Positions 24,331 through 37,015 of a stretch of 60,239 bases of DNA are shown here, piece after piece (the stretch's first letter is position 1; the number at the start of each line of letters is the position of its first letter). A model generated the notes under the pieces. The model was not told the origin of the DNA and did no database searches. It saw only the letters and a list, made by a program, of their open reading frames with translations. Origin of the DNA: Octopus sinensis. Lineage: Eukaryota. The stretch spans positions 1 to 60,239 of the forward strand of contig NW_021832557.1 in the NCBI RefSeq assembly GCF_006345805.1. Direction: 5' to 3'. The position numbers were made by a program, and so were the translations under genes.

Positions 24331-24492
24331 GGCGCAGGAGTGGATGTGTGGTAAGTAGCTTGCTTACCAACCACATGGTTCCGGGTTCAGCCTCACTGCA
24401 TGTCACCCTGGGCAAGTGTCTTCTACTATAGCCTCTGGCCGATCAAAGCCTTGAGAGAGGATTTGGTAGACGGAAACTGATAGAAGCCCGCC

Positions 24493-24532
<40 letters not shown>

Positions 24533-24755
24533 ATGTGTGTGTGTCTATATGTTTGTGTGTCTGTGTTTGTTCCTCCCCAAATCGCTTGACAACCGATGCT
24601 GGTGTTTACGTCCCCGTAACTTAGAGGTTCAGCAGGAGAACTCAATAGAATAAGTATTGGGCTTACAAAGTATAAGTCCTGGGATCGATTTGCTCGACTA
24701 AAGGCGGTGCTCCAGCATGGCCACTGTCAAATGACTGAAACAAATAAGAGAGGGA
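24331..24755 (+). mobile_element. SINE family A, full length
   Basis: Aligns with the 16472 copy. Confidence 0.92.
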
Positions 24756-24837
24756 AAGAGTATATGTTCTAAAATCTACACAGACTTGGTTCTATTTTAT
24801 CTCATTACGAAAAAAAAATTATATATATATATATATA

Positions 24838-25035
24838 CTCTTTTACTTGTTTCAGTCATTTGCCTGCGGCCATGCTGGAGCCCCGCCTTTAGTCGAGCAA
24901 ATCGACCCCGGGACTTATTCTTTGTAAGCCCAGTACTTATTGTATCGGTCTCTTTTGCCGAACCGCTAAGTTATGGGGACGTAAACACACCAGCATCAGT
25001 TGTCAAGCGATGTTGGGGGGACAAACACAGACTCA

Positions 25036-25085
<50 letters not shown>

Positions 25086-25250
25086 AACATATATACGACG
25101 GGCTTGTTTCAGTTTCCGTCTACCAAATCCACTCACAAGGCTTTGGTCGGCCCGAGGCTACAGTAGAAGACACTTGGCCAAGGTGCCACGCTTTGGGACT
25201 GAACCCGGGACCATGTGGTTGGTAAGCAAGCTACTTACCACACAGCCACT

Positions 25251-25253
<3 letters not shown>
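24838..25253 (-). mobile_element. SINE family A, near full length, tail-to-tail with the preceding copy
   Basis: Reverse complement of SINE A. Confidence 0.92.
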
Positions 25254-25289
<36 letters not shown>

Positions 25290-25738
25290 TATATATATTA
25301 TATATATATATATATAAATGTATATATATGTATAGATGCAACACTGACTTAAATGAATGAATATAAGACTCATTTGATGTAAGAATTCACCCTATAAGAG
25401 TATGTACAGTTATGTGAGTCGAACAACCCAATTTAGTTAAATTCTAGTTTGTATATAACCCAAATAACTAAGAATAAGTAATCTTATCGTGGGTAGGCTT
25501 ATCTTTCAATGATGAAGAGCTAACAGGACGAGAAACTTGTTAAACCGACCTCACGTTTTCTACTACTAAAGAAAATAGTTAATGTATTTGAGATGCATTT
25601 CCCCGTTCCTTCAATTCCCGTCGACATTAAAGTCAATGTCGTCACTACCTGGCGAATCATTCTTCGCTCCCGGTGATTAAATATCTCGTTTCGGTGAATT
25701 AATGTTATACTGCCTACATTTATTTATGACTATCTATG

Positions 25739-25780
<42 letters not shown>

Positions 25781-25879
25781 GCACACACACATATATATTT
25801 ACATACAAATAATTACATATACTACATATATACATAAATATGAATAAGTTTACACTAATACATATGTTCATTTATAGGT

Positions 25880-25894
<15 letters not shown>

Positions 25895-25914
<20 letters not shown>

Positions 25915-26135
25915 AATGTGTGTGTATTTTTGTATGTATGTATGTATGTAGATATATTTACATATATACACACGCACATATGTATATATATATATAGATA
26001 AATGTGTGTGTATTTTTGTATGTATATATGTAGATATATTTACATATATACACACACCTATGTATATATATATATAAATGTGTTGTGTATTTTTGTATGT
26101 ATGTATGTAGATATATTTACATATATACACACACA
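25895..26135. repeat. Three-copy ~70-80-bp microsatellite-derived minisatellite
   Basis: The unit ataaatgtgt..gtatttttgtatgtat..gtagatatatttacatatatacacac occurs three times. Confidence 0.85.
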
Positions 26136-27257
26136 TGTATATACATATATATATATATAAATATATATATATATTCATATCCATATATGGTAAGATCACA
26201 CATGGCTTCATGTACAAATATGTAAGAAAACAAACATACGCATGCATACAGAAATATATCTGTCCTAAATTCAATTCGATAAATTAAATTTAGTAGAAGA
26301 CTATCGGTGCATAAAACCCTGACTAAATTTGACCAATCAGCGAAGTTATAAAAGTCAGTTGTTAGTACTGTTGTAAAACGAGCGCTATAATATACTATGT
26401 AATAAACCATGATATTTTAATTAATTAAAATCAGAGCACTACTCGGTATATTCCTTGGGCAATATTAGATCATTTTTACTTTGGTACAATAATCATATCA
26501 CCATCACCATCACCATCACCACCACCACCACCACCACCACCACCACCATCATCATCATCATTATTATTATTATTATTATTATTAGTGTAAGTTCATAATG
26601 TTTATAGAAAATAATGAAATGAATATTACTCTTCAAAATAGTTATTAAAATGATATGAAATTTCGCATTCATGTATTTGGAAAAAAATTATATTATCAAA
26701 AGCAATATTACCGTTTAACTATCAATTATTACCTTTGTGACATTGCCTGCTATTAACCATAGTACATGAGGGCGATAGTTTCGTTTCCAACATAAGACAG
26801 GTTACAGTATTGCTAGTAGTTAACGCCATTAAGAGCAGAGTTATCTTCCTTTGGGAGACAGATAAACAAAGGTAAGAGAGATGGAAACACTCGACTAATT
26901 ATATTAATAAATTATACATTTATCGATGAAATCACTAATTTTCTAAATGACTATTTGCGAGCAGATAAAGCAAAGGAATGAGAACACAATTCAAATTTAT
27001 TAAATATAGCTGCAGTAGAAATGTCTTTCTGATATTTATCAGTGGAGTGATTACTGTGGATATGTTTAGTTATTGTTGGACTTCATTAATGACGACGCAG
27101 TATCTGACGAATATTTATGATAAGTTCTGTCATTGGAAAGATAATCGTTAACTTTCTAGATATGTGGCAAGGACGATAACAACAAAATCAGCAGCATCGG
27201 CAACAACAGCAACGATAACAATACTAAGGGTAATATTCACTGAAGAGTGTTCATATC

Positions 27258-28110
27258 ATGTACGAGGAGAGAGAAAAAATCTATAAGCTCTACAGACACG
27301 GCTCGAGAAACACGGGGCCGACCTGCCCGAGATGCGGTCAGAGCGACGAAACCGTTCTGCACGCACTCGTGCAGTGTCCAACAATTTCCGACCTGTGGGC
27401 TTATGTCGAACAACTGCTGTCACGTGTGGGACGAGTCGGTTTATCAGCTGAGTCTATCGTCAATATTGTCACGCCTCCTTCCTTCAAACGGGAAGGAAGA
27501 GCTATTTTCATCATCCTTGTGGCTATGGCGAAAGAATGTATCTGGTGGACGCGTCTGAAAGGATTGGAGACAAACACTTTCCTCTCTGGTCAATCTCTCA
27601 TCAACTTCTTCAAGTACCACTTGAAAAGGAAAGTGAGAGTAGAGAGGCAAGTTTTGTCTAGCGAATGTTTTAAAAAAAGATGGGTGAATGTAGCAAGAAT
27701 GGCACGTATGAATGACGAAGCCACCTTGAGCATAATCCTATGAACCCAGAAATTGAAAACAGAGAGTTGCTTATTTGCAAAAAAAAAAAAAGAAATATAA
27801 CATGTGACTCCATTGACCGAGGTTACCGTGGTCTTTTCTGTAGGCTTTTCTTTCCACGGGTAAACCTCACCCGTCCTCCCTTTACACTTCATATTGACAT
27901 TTCTGTGATAACGATCCCTATTGATCAATTTTTGTTTTCCTCTCCCCCTTTTTTTTAACACCCCCTTTTTTTGTCCTCTTTCTCTCCTTTTACGATCCCT
28001 TTTGATCGAAACTCCCCCTTCTTTTTTTTTTTTTTTTAACCTTCAAAAGAAAAGCTCTACCTTGTAATTTGTTCTATCTGTGTGCAGCCCTGTGTGGCTA
28101 ATAAAGAAAC
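27258..28110 (+). mobile_element. 5'-truncated L1-clade (Tx1-like) LINE: ORF2 C-terminal zinc finger plus 3' UTR
   Basis: CPRCGQSDETVLHALVQC (CCHC) followed by LW, AMAKECIW and KKRW motifs typical of Tx1/L1 ORF2 ends; T-rich UTR ending in AATAAA. Confidence 0.85.
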
Positions 28111-28111
28111 A

Positions 28112-28167
<56 letters not shown>

Positions 28168-28189
28168 AATCCATCAGTCTATCTGTCTG

Positions 28190-28269
<80 letters not shown>

Positions 28270-28365
28270 ACTGACTATCTATCTCTCTGTCTTCCTGTCC
28301 GTGTATCTCTGTATATCCATCTATCCATCCGTCCATCCATCCATCCATCCATCCATCCATCCATC
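28111..28365. repeat. (TATC)n then (TCCA)n microsatellite directly after the Tx1 3' end
   Basis: Read directly from the sequence. Confidence 0.95.
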
Positions 28366-28429
28366 AAACCAGCCAACCATGCAGTAGCAACAACTACTAC
28401 TACTGATGGTGATGAAGATGATAGCCTGA

Positions 28430-28530
28430 ATTTCTTTTAAGGGCTAGTCGATTATATCGACCCCAGTGCTCAACTGCTATTTATTTTACTGACACCGAAA
28501 TGATGAAAGGAAAAGTCAAGCACGGTGGAT
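28430..28530 (-). mobile_element. SINE family B core fragment
   Basis: gtcgattatatcgaccccagtgc...atgaaagg is the reverse complement of the B core. Confidence 0.7.
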
Positions 28531-28598
28531 GTGGGTAATAATAATAATAATAACAACAACAACAGCAACAACAACAACAACAACAACAACAATAATAA

Positions 28599-29147
28599 TG
28601 TCCTGATGCAGTACCAGGCAGTGGCTCTCGTGGCTTCTGATCTTGACTGATTGGAAGTGTTATCATGTACATTGTTTTGTCTTGGTATAAAAGATGGGCT
28701 AAGGCAAATATTCTGCTCAATACCACAGATTTGCTTGTCAGTTGTTTGACCATAACCAGTTGAGCATGTCCATTAGTGGCTGACGATATGTGCATCTCTG
28801 ATCACGAACAGAAGTAGTGGGGGAGCATCATAGCCTTGTGTTGAGAGGGATTCTTTGGGGTTTGAATAATTCTCCTCTGGAAACATGGGTGTTTCGTTAA
28901 ACAACCCTTATTCAGGGACCTTTTGAGCGGGATGGGTTACTTGACCAGAAGAAAAACTTCTAACTGGGCCCTACCTGCAAGGTCATGTGTTGTTTATCTT
29001 GATATGAGATCACCAAGTCGCGCACATATGGTTGTGATGCATGTGCCTAGTGTACCCTAATGAAGCGGGTAGTGATGATGGGTATACTGGACTTCGTATG
29101 TTTTACCCATGGGTCACTTTGATGGCATGCACTGCTCTCTCTCACTC
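28599..29147 (+). mobile_element. ~550-bp non-coding interspersed element (family D) embedded in (TAA)n
   Basis: A second copy at 55500-56051 (minus strand) is alignable end to end; both copies are bounded by AAT repeats. Confidence 0.9.
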
Positions 29148-29206
<59 letters not shown>

Positions 29207-29219
29207 TAAAACAGTAAAC

Positions 29220-30235
29220 AGTGTTATTAGGTACAGCTAATATAATTAGGAAGGTTCTTGGCATCTAAAATTACTTGTTGCTCGGTGCTAGGAATTTTTC
29301 TGTTGTGCGTACATGAAATAAAGCAGCAACAACAACAACACACACAACAAATATGATTGAAAAATGTGCCAAAATGACCTTGATTGTAGGTAAATTAATT
29401 AAGAACACTAATAGTATAGACAAAGAAGCTGAGATAATAGAATTAGACGAATCACAGGGATAGAAACAAATACTTAGGAGTCACTAATCTACACAATGGT
29501 ACAGCACTCAAAAATGAAAGAAAAGATGAGGAAGGAACGTTATAAACATATCAGACTTATACTTAAAACGAAAGTATGGTATTGGGTATTAATATCATAG
29601 CTGTCGCAGTAATAAATTGGTTTAAGCATTCTTAGCTGGTCATTAGACGGTTCATTTAGACAACACAGGGAAACAAGGAAAATAATGACTGCATTTAGAA
29701 CACACGATGCTAAAGTCAGACTTTTGGGAGATTCACCAGGAATATAAGGTGGTCGGGATATAAAAACGCCTACAAACTTGTGTTGTCAAATATTGTAGAA
29801 TTATAAAAATGTCTAATATAGAACTATAGAAAATTAATAAAATAGGTAAATAAACAGAACAAAAATTATTTTCTGTCTTCAAGGAGGCCAACGAATGCAA
29901 AATAGAGGTTGCAGTAACAGATAACTACAAAAAAAAAAAAAAAAAATTAACAACAGAAATCGTGAAACAGCTAAAATCTAAACTAAAATCTGGACTACAG
30001 AATATCATGATAAAATGATGGGGAAAAAGAGGAAAAAAAACGATGGAAAAAAATGATGGGAAAAAAAGAAACAAAATCCCCAATAGGAGTGGCGTGACTG
30101 TGTGGCAAGGAGCTTGCTTATCAAATATAATTCTGGGTTCAGTCCCACAGCATGGCATCTTGTCACCAAAGCCGACCAAAGCCTTGTGAGTGGACTTGGT
30201 AGACAGAAACAGAACGAAGCCCGCTATACATACAT

Positions 30236-30308
<73 letters not shown>

Positions 30309-30502
30309 TCTTCCAGTCAACACCGACTGAAAGATCCAGGCTAATCGACCAGACATAATTATTAAAACAAGGAAGAAAATACTTGTAGACTTATACATTT
30401 AAATGTTCCCACTGATAAAAATACATCTGTCAAGGAATTTGACAAACTAAATAAATATAAAGACAGGGAAATTGAAATACAAAAGATGTGAAGATTAGAA
30501 AA
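29220..30502 (+). mobile_element. Old R4/Dong-type LINE fragments (3' end, RT C-terminus, REL domain), interrupted by a SINE-A half copy
   Basis: VLLGTANIIRKVL (29220), EKCAK...KYLGV (about 29360-29480), KIQANRPDIII...SVKEFDKLNKYKDREIEI (30305-30500). Confidence 0.7.
30085..30302 (+). mobile_element. 5' half of SINE family A ending in (TA)n
   Basis: gactgtgtggcaaggagcttgctt...gggttcagtccc...gccttgtgagtggacttggtagac. Confidence 0.8.
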
Positions 30503-33268
30503 CGGCAACATTCCCACAAAAAGCTTTCTTGGCAAGAGCGTCTGCAACAACAAATTAAAATATTTACATCTGACATTGAATGTTTGAAAAACCTTAAGGC
30601 TCACAAGACTACCAAACCTACAAAAACCCCAAAATTACTGAAAAAATACAATATGAAAACTATACTTGATATTGATGCCACCATAGAAACCATCAAACAA
30701 AGGGTATCTGCCAAAGCTGCCCGCATAGCGAGGTATAAAAAGCATGTTAGATTTTTCAAGGACAACAACATGTTCAAAAATAACACCAAGAATTTTTACA
30801 GGAAGATAGGAAAAACAGCGTTTACTGCAAGGTCTGTACCATCAAAAGAAGAAGTGCAGGGATTTTGGAATAAAATCTGGGCAGAAGAAAAAACACAACG
30901 AAAAGGCCCCCTGGATTGACAGAATATCTACAGAACTGGACCCCTTAGAAGAGCAAAAATGGGAGGGTGTCAAGGTAGAAGATATAAGATCTGCTCTCAG
31001 GAGGTCAAGCAAATGGAAGTCTCCAGGAAAGGATAAAATTCCTAACTTCTGGCTGAATGCCTTCCCAAAGAGCCATGAACTGCTAACAGAACTGTACAAT
31101 GATGTTTTGCAACACCCTAGTAGGATGCCTCCTTGGCTAGTTAATGGGTTAACATTCCTGCTTCCAAAAAGTGAAGAAACAAATGAACTAAAAAACTATA
31201 GACCCATAACCTGCTTAACAACTATGTACAAAACACTAACATCTGTCCTGACGGAATATACCTATAGTTTTTTAACAGACAGCAGCATATTCCCTAATGA
31301 ACAGAAGGATGTAAACGTGGATCCTACGGCTGTAAAGACCAACTACTCATCAATAAGATGATCTTAGAAGATTGTCACAAACGACACAAAAACTTATCAA
31401 TAGCCTGGATAGACTATAAAAAGGCTTTTGATAGCCTACCACATAGCTGATTAGGAAATGCCTGGAATGTATAAGATAGCACCTATTCTGCGAAACTTCT
31501 TGACTGTAAGTATGAGATCATGGAGAACCACACTAACTCTGAACAGTGACAATGAATCCCTAAATGCTGGTGATGTAAAAATTTCGTGTGGCATTTTCCA
31601 GGGTGACTCACTGTCACCACTCCTCTTTTGTTTATCCTTAATACCTCTCTCAAAGCTGCTCAATGACGCGCAGTACGGGTATAAAATGTTTGATAAAAAT
31701 ATAAATCATCTCATTTACATGGATGATTTAAAGCTTTTTGCAAAAAATGACCAACAACTCAAGGGCTTACTAGCGATAGTCGAACAATTCAGTGACGACA
31801 TCAGAATGCAATTCGGCCTCGATAAATGTGCAAAAGCTACCTTTATCAAAGGAAAAATGACAGAAACATCTAACGTTAACCTTGACCAGCAGAATGTCAT
31901 AAAAGAACTAGACCCAGTGGAGAGCTACAAGTACCTAGGGGTAATTGAAGGGAACGGAATAAGGCATTCAGAGATGAAGGAAAGGATCAGGAGAGAATGC
32001 TATCGAAGAGTGAGAGCAATACTCAAGACAGAGCTGAATGCAAGAAACAGGATCGAAGCGATCAATGCATTAGCCATACCAGTCGTGACTTACAGTTTCA
32101 ATATTGTTAACTGGTCAATTACTGAAATATGTCAGCTCGACAGAAAAATAAGGAAACTGTTGACAATGCATAGAATGCACCATCCTAAGGCAGATACAGA
32201 ACGACTTTATCTGCCAAGAAAAGAGGGAGGCGTGGTGTTTTGCAACTGGCAATAACAATGAAGATTGCTACAATTGGCTTAGACACCTACCCATACTCAG
32301 TCACAAAACAGGCAAAGGAATATCTAAGTGAATTCCGAATACAACCAATTTCGGAATTAGAGATAGACATACAAGAAACACGCACAGAAAAAGCTAAGCG
32401 CATGAAAACCCGTGCCAAAACTGCGGCCTTAGATATTTTGAATAATAAATGGCAAGAAAAACCTCTCTATGGCAAATAGCCAAAGAGAGCGAATAATGCA
32501 GATATCGACAAAGCCCTGACCCATCAATGGCTAATGGCCTCTGGCTTAAAATCTGAAACAGAGGGGTTTATCATAGCAGCTCAAGATCAATGCCTACCAA
32601 CAAGAAACTACCAGGCCAACATATTAAAGAACGGCAGTAGCCCAACATGTCGTGTATGCCGACAACAAAATGAAACCATTGATCATGTTGTCTCCAAATG
32701 CAGTCTTCTAGCGCCTACAGATTATCTCAACAGGCATGATAGAGCTGCACAATATATTCACTGGGTAATTTGCAAAAAACCTGGATTTGCCCCATGAAAA
32801 AAACTGGTGGGAACACTATCCACCTCCAGTGTTTGAAAATGACCACATCTCACTCCTCTGGAACTTCACCATTCAAACTGACAGGAAGATAGATGCAAAT
32901 AGGTCAGACATCATATTGAAAGACTTCAGACAAAGAACATGCCTCCTCATTGATATGACTGTCCCAATCGATATAAACGTATCTGTCAAGACCTACCAAA
33001 AACTGAGCAAATATAAAGATCTTGAAATAGAAATCAGCAAAATGTGGAAGCTGAAGACTAAAACAATACCTGTTGTCATAGGTGCCCTGGGAATGATAGC
33101 GAAAGGGACTGATTGCTATCTAACTCAGATACCAGGAAACCCCAAAATGGCAGAAATTCAAAAGATAGTGCTCATGGGAACTGCTCATATCCTACGCAAA
33201 ATACTCTCTATGTAATCCCAAGGTTTAAAACAAACTTTTTATTTATTTATTTATTTATTTTTTATATA

Positions 33269-33300
<32 letters not shown>

Positions 33301-33485
33301 ATGTATTAGGCATTCACTAGTACAACACAACCCCCCCCCCAATATATGGCACAGAACTTCCAACCTGTTGTCTCTTGAGGTCTCTGGGTGAGACTTGGAG
33401 CCAACTTGTACAGACATAAAGCAAAAGTCAAACATAGAATAATAATAATAATAATGATGATAATAATAATAATGATAATAATAAT
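30503..33485 (+). mobile_element. 5'-truncated R4-clade (Dong-like) non-LTR retrotransposon: RT, CCHC knuckle, restriction-like endonuclease, 3' UTR, (TAA)n tail; disrupted
   Basis: NYRPITCL, GIFQGDSLSPLLF, YMDDLKL, FGLDKC, YKYLG, CRVCRQQNETIDHVVSKC, RHD, NRSD...IDMTVP...KYKDL; stop at 33215; TAA repeats from about 33438. Confidence 0.95.
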
Positions 33486-34023
33486 TATAATGTTCTAGTT
33501 TCAGCCTGCCATTTCTGTCTTTTCGAGTATATTTACACAGGGTCTATTCATACAACAGAATTGAATAGATGATAACCGTAAGTCCGAGCGTGAATTCATC
33601 CACAATTTATCCACATCACACATTCTCGTAGTAAATTTAAGAGAACGATCTGATATGTAGGTTAATAAAATGGCGACTTTTCTGTGTGATATTGTTAACT
33701 AGGTATCTCTGTAATGCTTCCGCTTTCTACAGGACAAACACAAACAGAATCTTGATAAGACTGCAATAACCAGTTGAAACAAGATTTATGCTGCAGAGAT
33801 GCCCGTGTTTTAGCTAAAGAGACTGTTTACGCAGCGAGGATGATCAAGCCCACATATGTGAACTTATGTACCATTTATCAACATACAGTTCGCTTCTATA
33901 TTGACGAAGGGAGGGGAAGCGAAAATCTCTCTCTGTCTCTTTTTCTACACGCATTTGTTTTATATATAAATACATATATATGTAAAAGGAATGGGGGAGG
34001 GGGTAAGGGAGACGTAGATAAAC

Positions 34024-34068
<45 letters not shown>

Positions 34069-34189
34069 TGAGCAGGAGGAAGTGAGAGAATGAGAGAGAG
34101 AGAGAGAGTGAGAGCGAAAGCGTGTTGCAGAAGATTTCAACCATAATTAATTTGCAAGAATCTGTAGTTATCTGTAACATTTGGCAGAA

Positions 34190-34231
34190 TGCCATATAGA
34201 ATAATAATGGCGATGATAATGATGATGATGG

Positions 34232-34290
<59 letters not shown>

Positions 34291-34335
34291 GTGATGATGG
34301 TGGTGGTGGTGATGATGATGATGATGATCATGACA
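34190..34335. repeat. (GAT)n microsatellite
   Basis: Read directly from the sequence. Confidence 0.95.
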
Positions 34336-34389
34336 GTGACGACTAGAATGTAGACAGTGATGTGAGGGTGTGACGGTACTAATGATGAT

Positions 34390-36370
34390 GGTATTAATGA
34401 TCGCAGTGTATGAAATCCCCAAGATTGTTACACATTGTTAAACAAGACGTCTTGTTTGATGGCGAAGGGTGGGAAACCAAAATCGATGTAGTTGCTTCAT
34501 CTAAACCGCCACAGTTTCTTAATGTCTTCTGTTTATTTACAGGCTTTTAATAGTATCTGAAAAATATGCTTTCGTCCTCTATCGCATTGAAGATCCCAGC
34601 TTCAATCCCAGCTTTGAGTCCTTCAATCCTTCAATCCCAGCTTTGAGTCCAGTATTTCTCAGTCAGTATAGCGATTTTGATTTGATTATTTCTAAACCGC
34701 TCGGTTCGTGTTTCGTAGCTATTTGTATGAGTTTTCCCTTATTATTTACTGATAGATTTGTTGTATAACAGTGGATATTTCAAAATGGATTTCCAAACGA
34801 ATATCTCCACTACATCTCTTGAATCGTGGTAAATATAATCTTTGAGCCAAATGATGGGGATTCTGTTCTATTTGCAATCATTACTTCTCTCGTTTTGTTG
34901 TCTAGTCTTGCTGCTTCATTTAATGTTCCATTCTGAATATTGTAATTTATTCCTGTAACAACTGTTTTGCCAATAATACTTCTGTCCTTATATTTGTATT
35001 TAGCATTTTTGCCTTTTAAATATTTATCTTATTTGTCTATAATATTCCTTTATAAATTTTCCCTTCATTTGAGTACGTTATCCTCTGTCTAGTTCATTGA
35101 TTTCTGAATATTTGTAAGACTGCGTTTGCCGTAATTCTCTTGTCTGCTATTTTTTTTTTCATCTAGCATAATATTTCTGTTCTTAATTGACAGAACTGTC
35201 TTCGTGCATTTTTAAAAATCGAATTGCATATCAAATCTTTCGCAATTGCTTCAGTAAATTCGTGCATTGTTTATTGCAGTGTTTTCTAGACGTTTATCAT
35301 CTACAGCATACAACTTAAAGTCGTCCATATACAAGATATGGTTTATATGGCATTTATATCTGAATCCAGTCTGGTTTAACATAATGGTTAAAGGCTTTAA
35401 CGTCAGATAGAAAACAAGGGGAGAGAACTGTTCCATTGTAATATTTTTCGTGGAAGAGAGATAAAACTAATTATTATGATTTCCGCCCTCTGTATCTGCA
35501 AAATTGTTTGTTATTTACTAATGTAATGTTTTATCTATCACATTGCTGATATCACCTCGCTTATGACAAGTGTTTTCAAGGTTTATGTCAGAAGAATTCT
35601 GTAAAAATCCTTCCAGTATCCAATCCGTTTAAACCTCCGACCATTCTTTCACATTCTGCGGTTTTCGATTAACTGTTTAACTACGGGTAATTTATCTTTA
35701 CAGCCATATGAGCTTTCGAAATATTTCTTCCGTTCTTCTCGAAAGTAACTTTTTCTTAAAGGCTTATTCATGTTTACAGTTTTGTTGCAGTTATGGATTC
35801 GTGGGTTGCTGGAAGCCAGGTCATGGATCATCGGTTTTGGGGACTTGCGTTTTTTCTCAGCATTGGTTTCTTTACCAGCGAACCATTTCGGTAATGTCTT
35901 TGATACCATCAGTATTTTATTAAACATCTCTGTAAAACCCTTCTATGTTCCTTCTAAATATATTAACCAAAAGTTTGAAATCTTATTTCCTGATGTCTCC
36001 AAGTTTATTTTAAATATATATATTTTTTGCTTTTTGTATCATCTAACAACATCTTGTGTTGTTATGGCCTTTTAAGAAGTGTTCAAGTATTTGTTCGTTG
36101 TCGTGAACGATCTATTCCTTAGTGATTCTTTCACTGACCATATTCCTCTTCAGAATTCTTCGACTTCTAATGTTGATGGAACTGCTTTGATATCTGGTCT
36201 ACTTTAACCGACATTTTGATAAAATCGATTTGGATTGGAGTCAAACTGTTTGTTTTGTCATAGAAGCGTTGTCGATTTTCATAGCGCCTGATTCCTTGCG
36301 ATTAAACGAGGATCTCTTGTTTCACTCGTTCTTTGATTCCAAACATTTCTTTTTATCTTATATATTTCTG
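34390..36370 (-). mobile_element. Old degraded R4/Dong-type LINE
   Basis: ORF track HINHILYMDDFKLYA (35251-35436) and SSYGCKDKL (35649-35927) match the corresponding parts of the 30.5-kb element. Confidence 0.75.
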
Positions 36371-36509
36371 TAGTATTTGTCTCTTGTCAGCAGCGTCGTC
36401 TTCTTATTGATTCCATTAAAGATCTTTCCTTTTGTTTTCATCATCTCTTTATTTGTGTTATGTGCTGTTTGCTTAAGTTTTGATATTCCTATACGCTGTC
36501 CTCATCTCC

Positions 36510-36959
36510 TACCTCTGCTTCCCTTCCTCCCTCCTCACCATCGTTACCACCATCACCAACACCACCACAACCACCGCCACCACCACCACCGCCGCCGCCG
36601 CCGCCGCCGCCACCACCGTCGCCGCCGCCGTTGTCGTCGTCATTCTTCTTCTTCTTCTTCTTCTTCTTCTTCTTCTTCTACGTCTTCCGCCGAGGTCGAC
36701 TTTGTCTTTCATCTGTTCGGGGTCCCTTATATAAGTACCAGTCGAACACTGGGATTGATTTATTCGACTAGACCCCTACCCCGACATTTCAGGCCTTGTG
36801 CATATATTAGAAAGGCTTATTATCATTAGCTACAAAAACAACAGCAGTAGCAGCAGCAGCATCGGCAGCAGCAGTAGCAGCAGTTGTAGTAGTAGTAGTA
36901 GTAGTAGTAGTAGTTGCAGCAGCAGCAGCATCAGCAGCAGTAGTAGTAGTAGTAGTAGC

Positions 36960-37014
<55 letters not shown>

Positions 37015-37015
37015 A
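36510..37015. repeat. Compound triplet microsatellites (CAC/CGC/TTC, CAG/TAG) enclosing a SINE-B beta-type copy at about 36685-36830
   Basis: Read directly from the sequence; ttccgccgaggtcgactttg...ggccttgtgcatatattagaaagg. Confidence 0.85.

Noticed and set aside
25505-25545. Hammerhead-like atgatgaagagc...gagaaac
   Set aside because: Stem II does not pair and the core is too corrupted.
26760-26880. Possible plus-strand splice donor AAG|GTAAGA at about 26871
   Set aside because: No supporting acceptor, ORF or homology; a chance match is likely.
28599-28680. HDV-like ribozyme at the 5' end of family D (ggctctcgtggct resembles a P3/L3 motif)
   Set aside because: I found no P1 pairing, and the second copy does not conserve the motif; left as a test rather than a call.
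30488-33215. Host gene or active retrotransposon
   Set aside because: The motifs are those of an R4-clade LINE; the copy is 5'-truncated, with a nonsense codon and an altered endonuclease motif.
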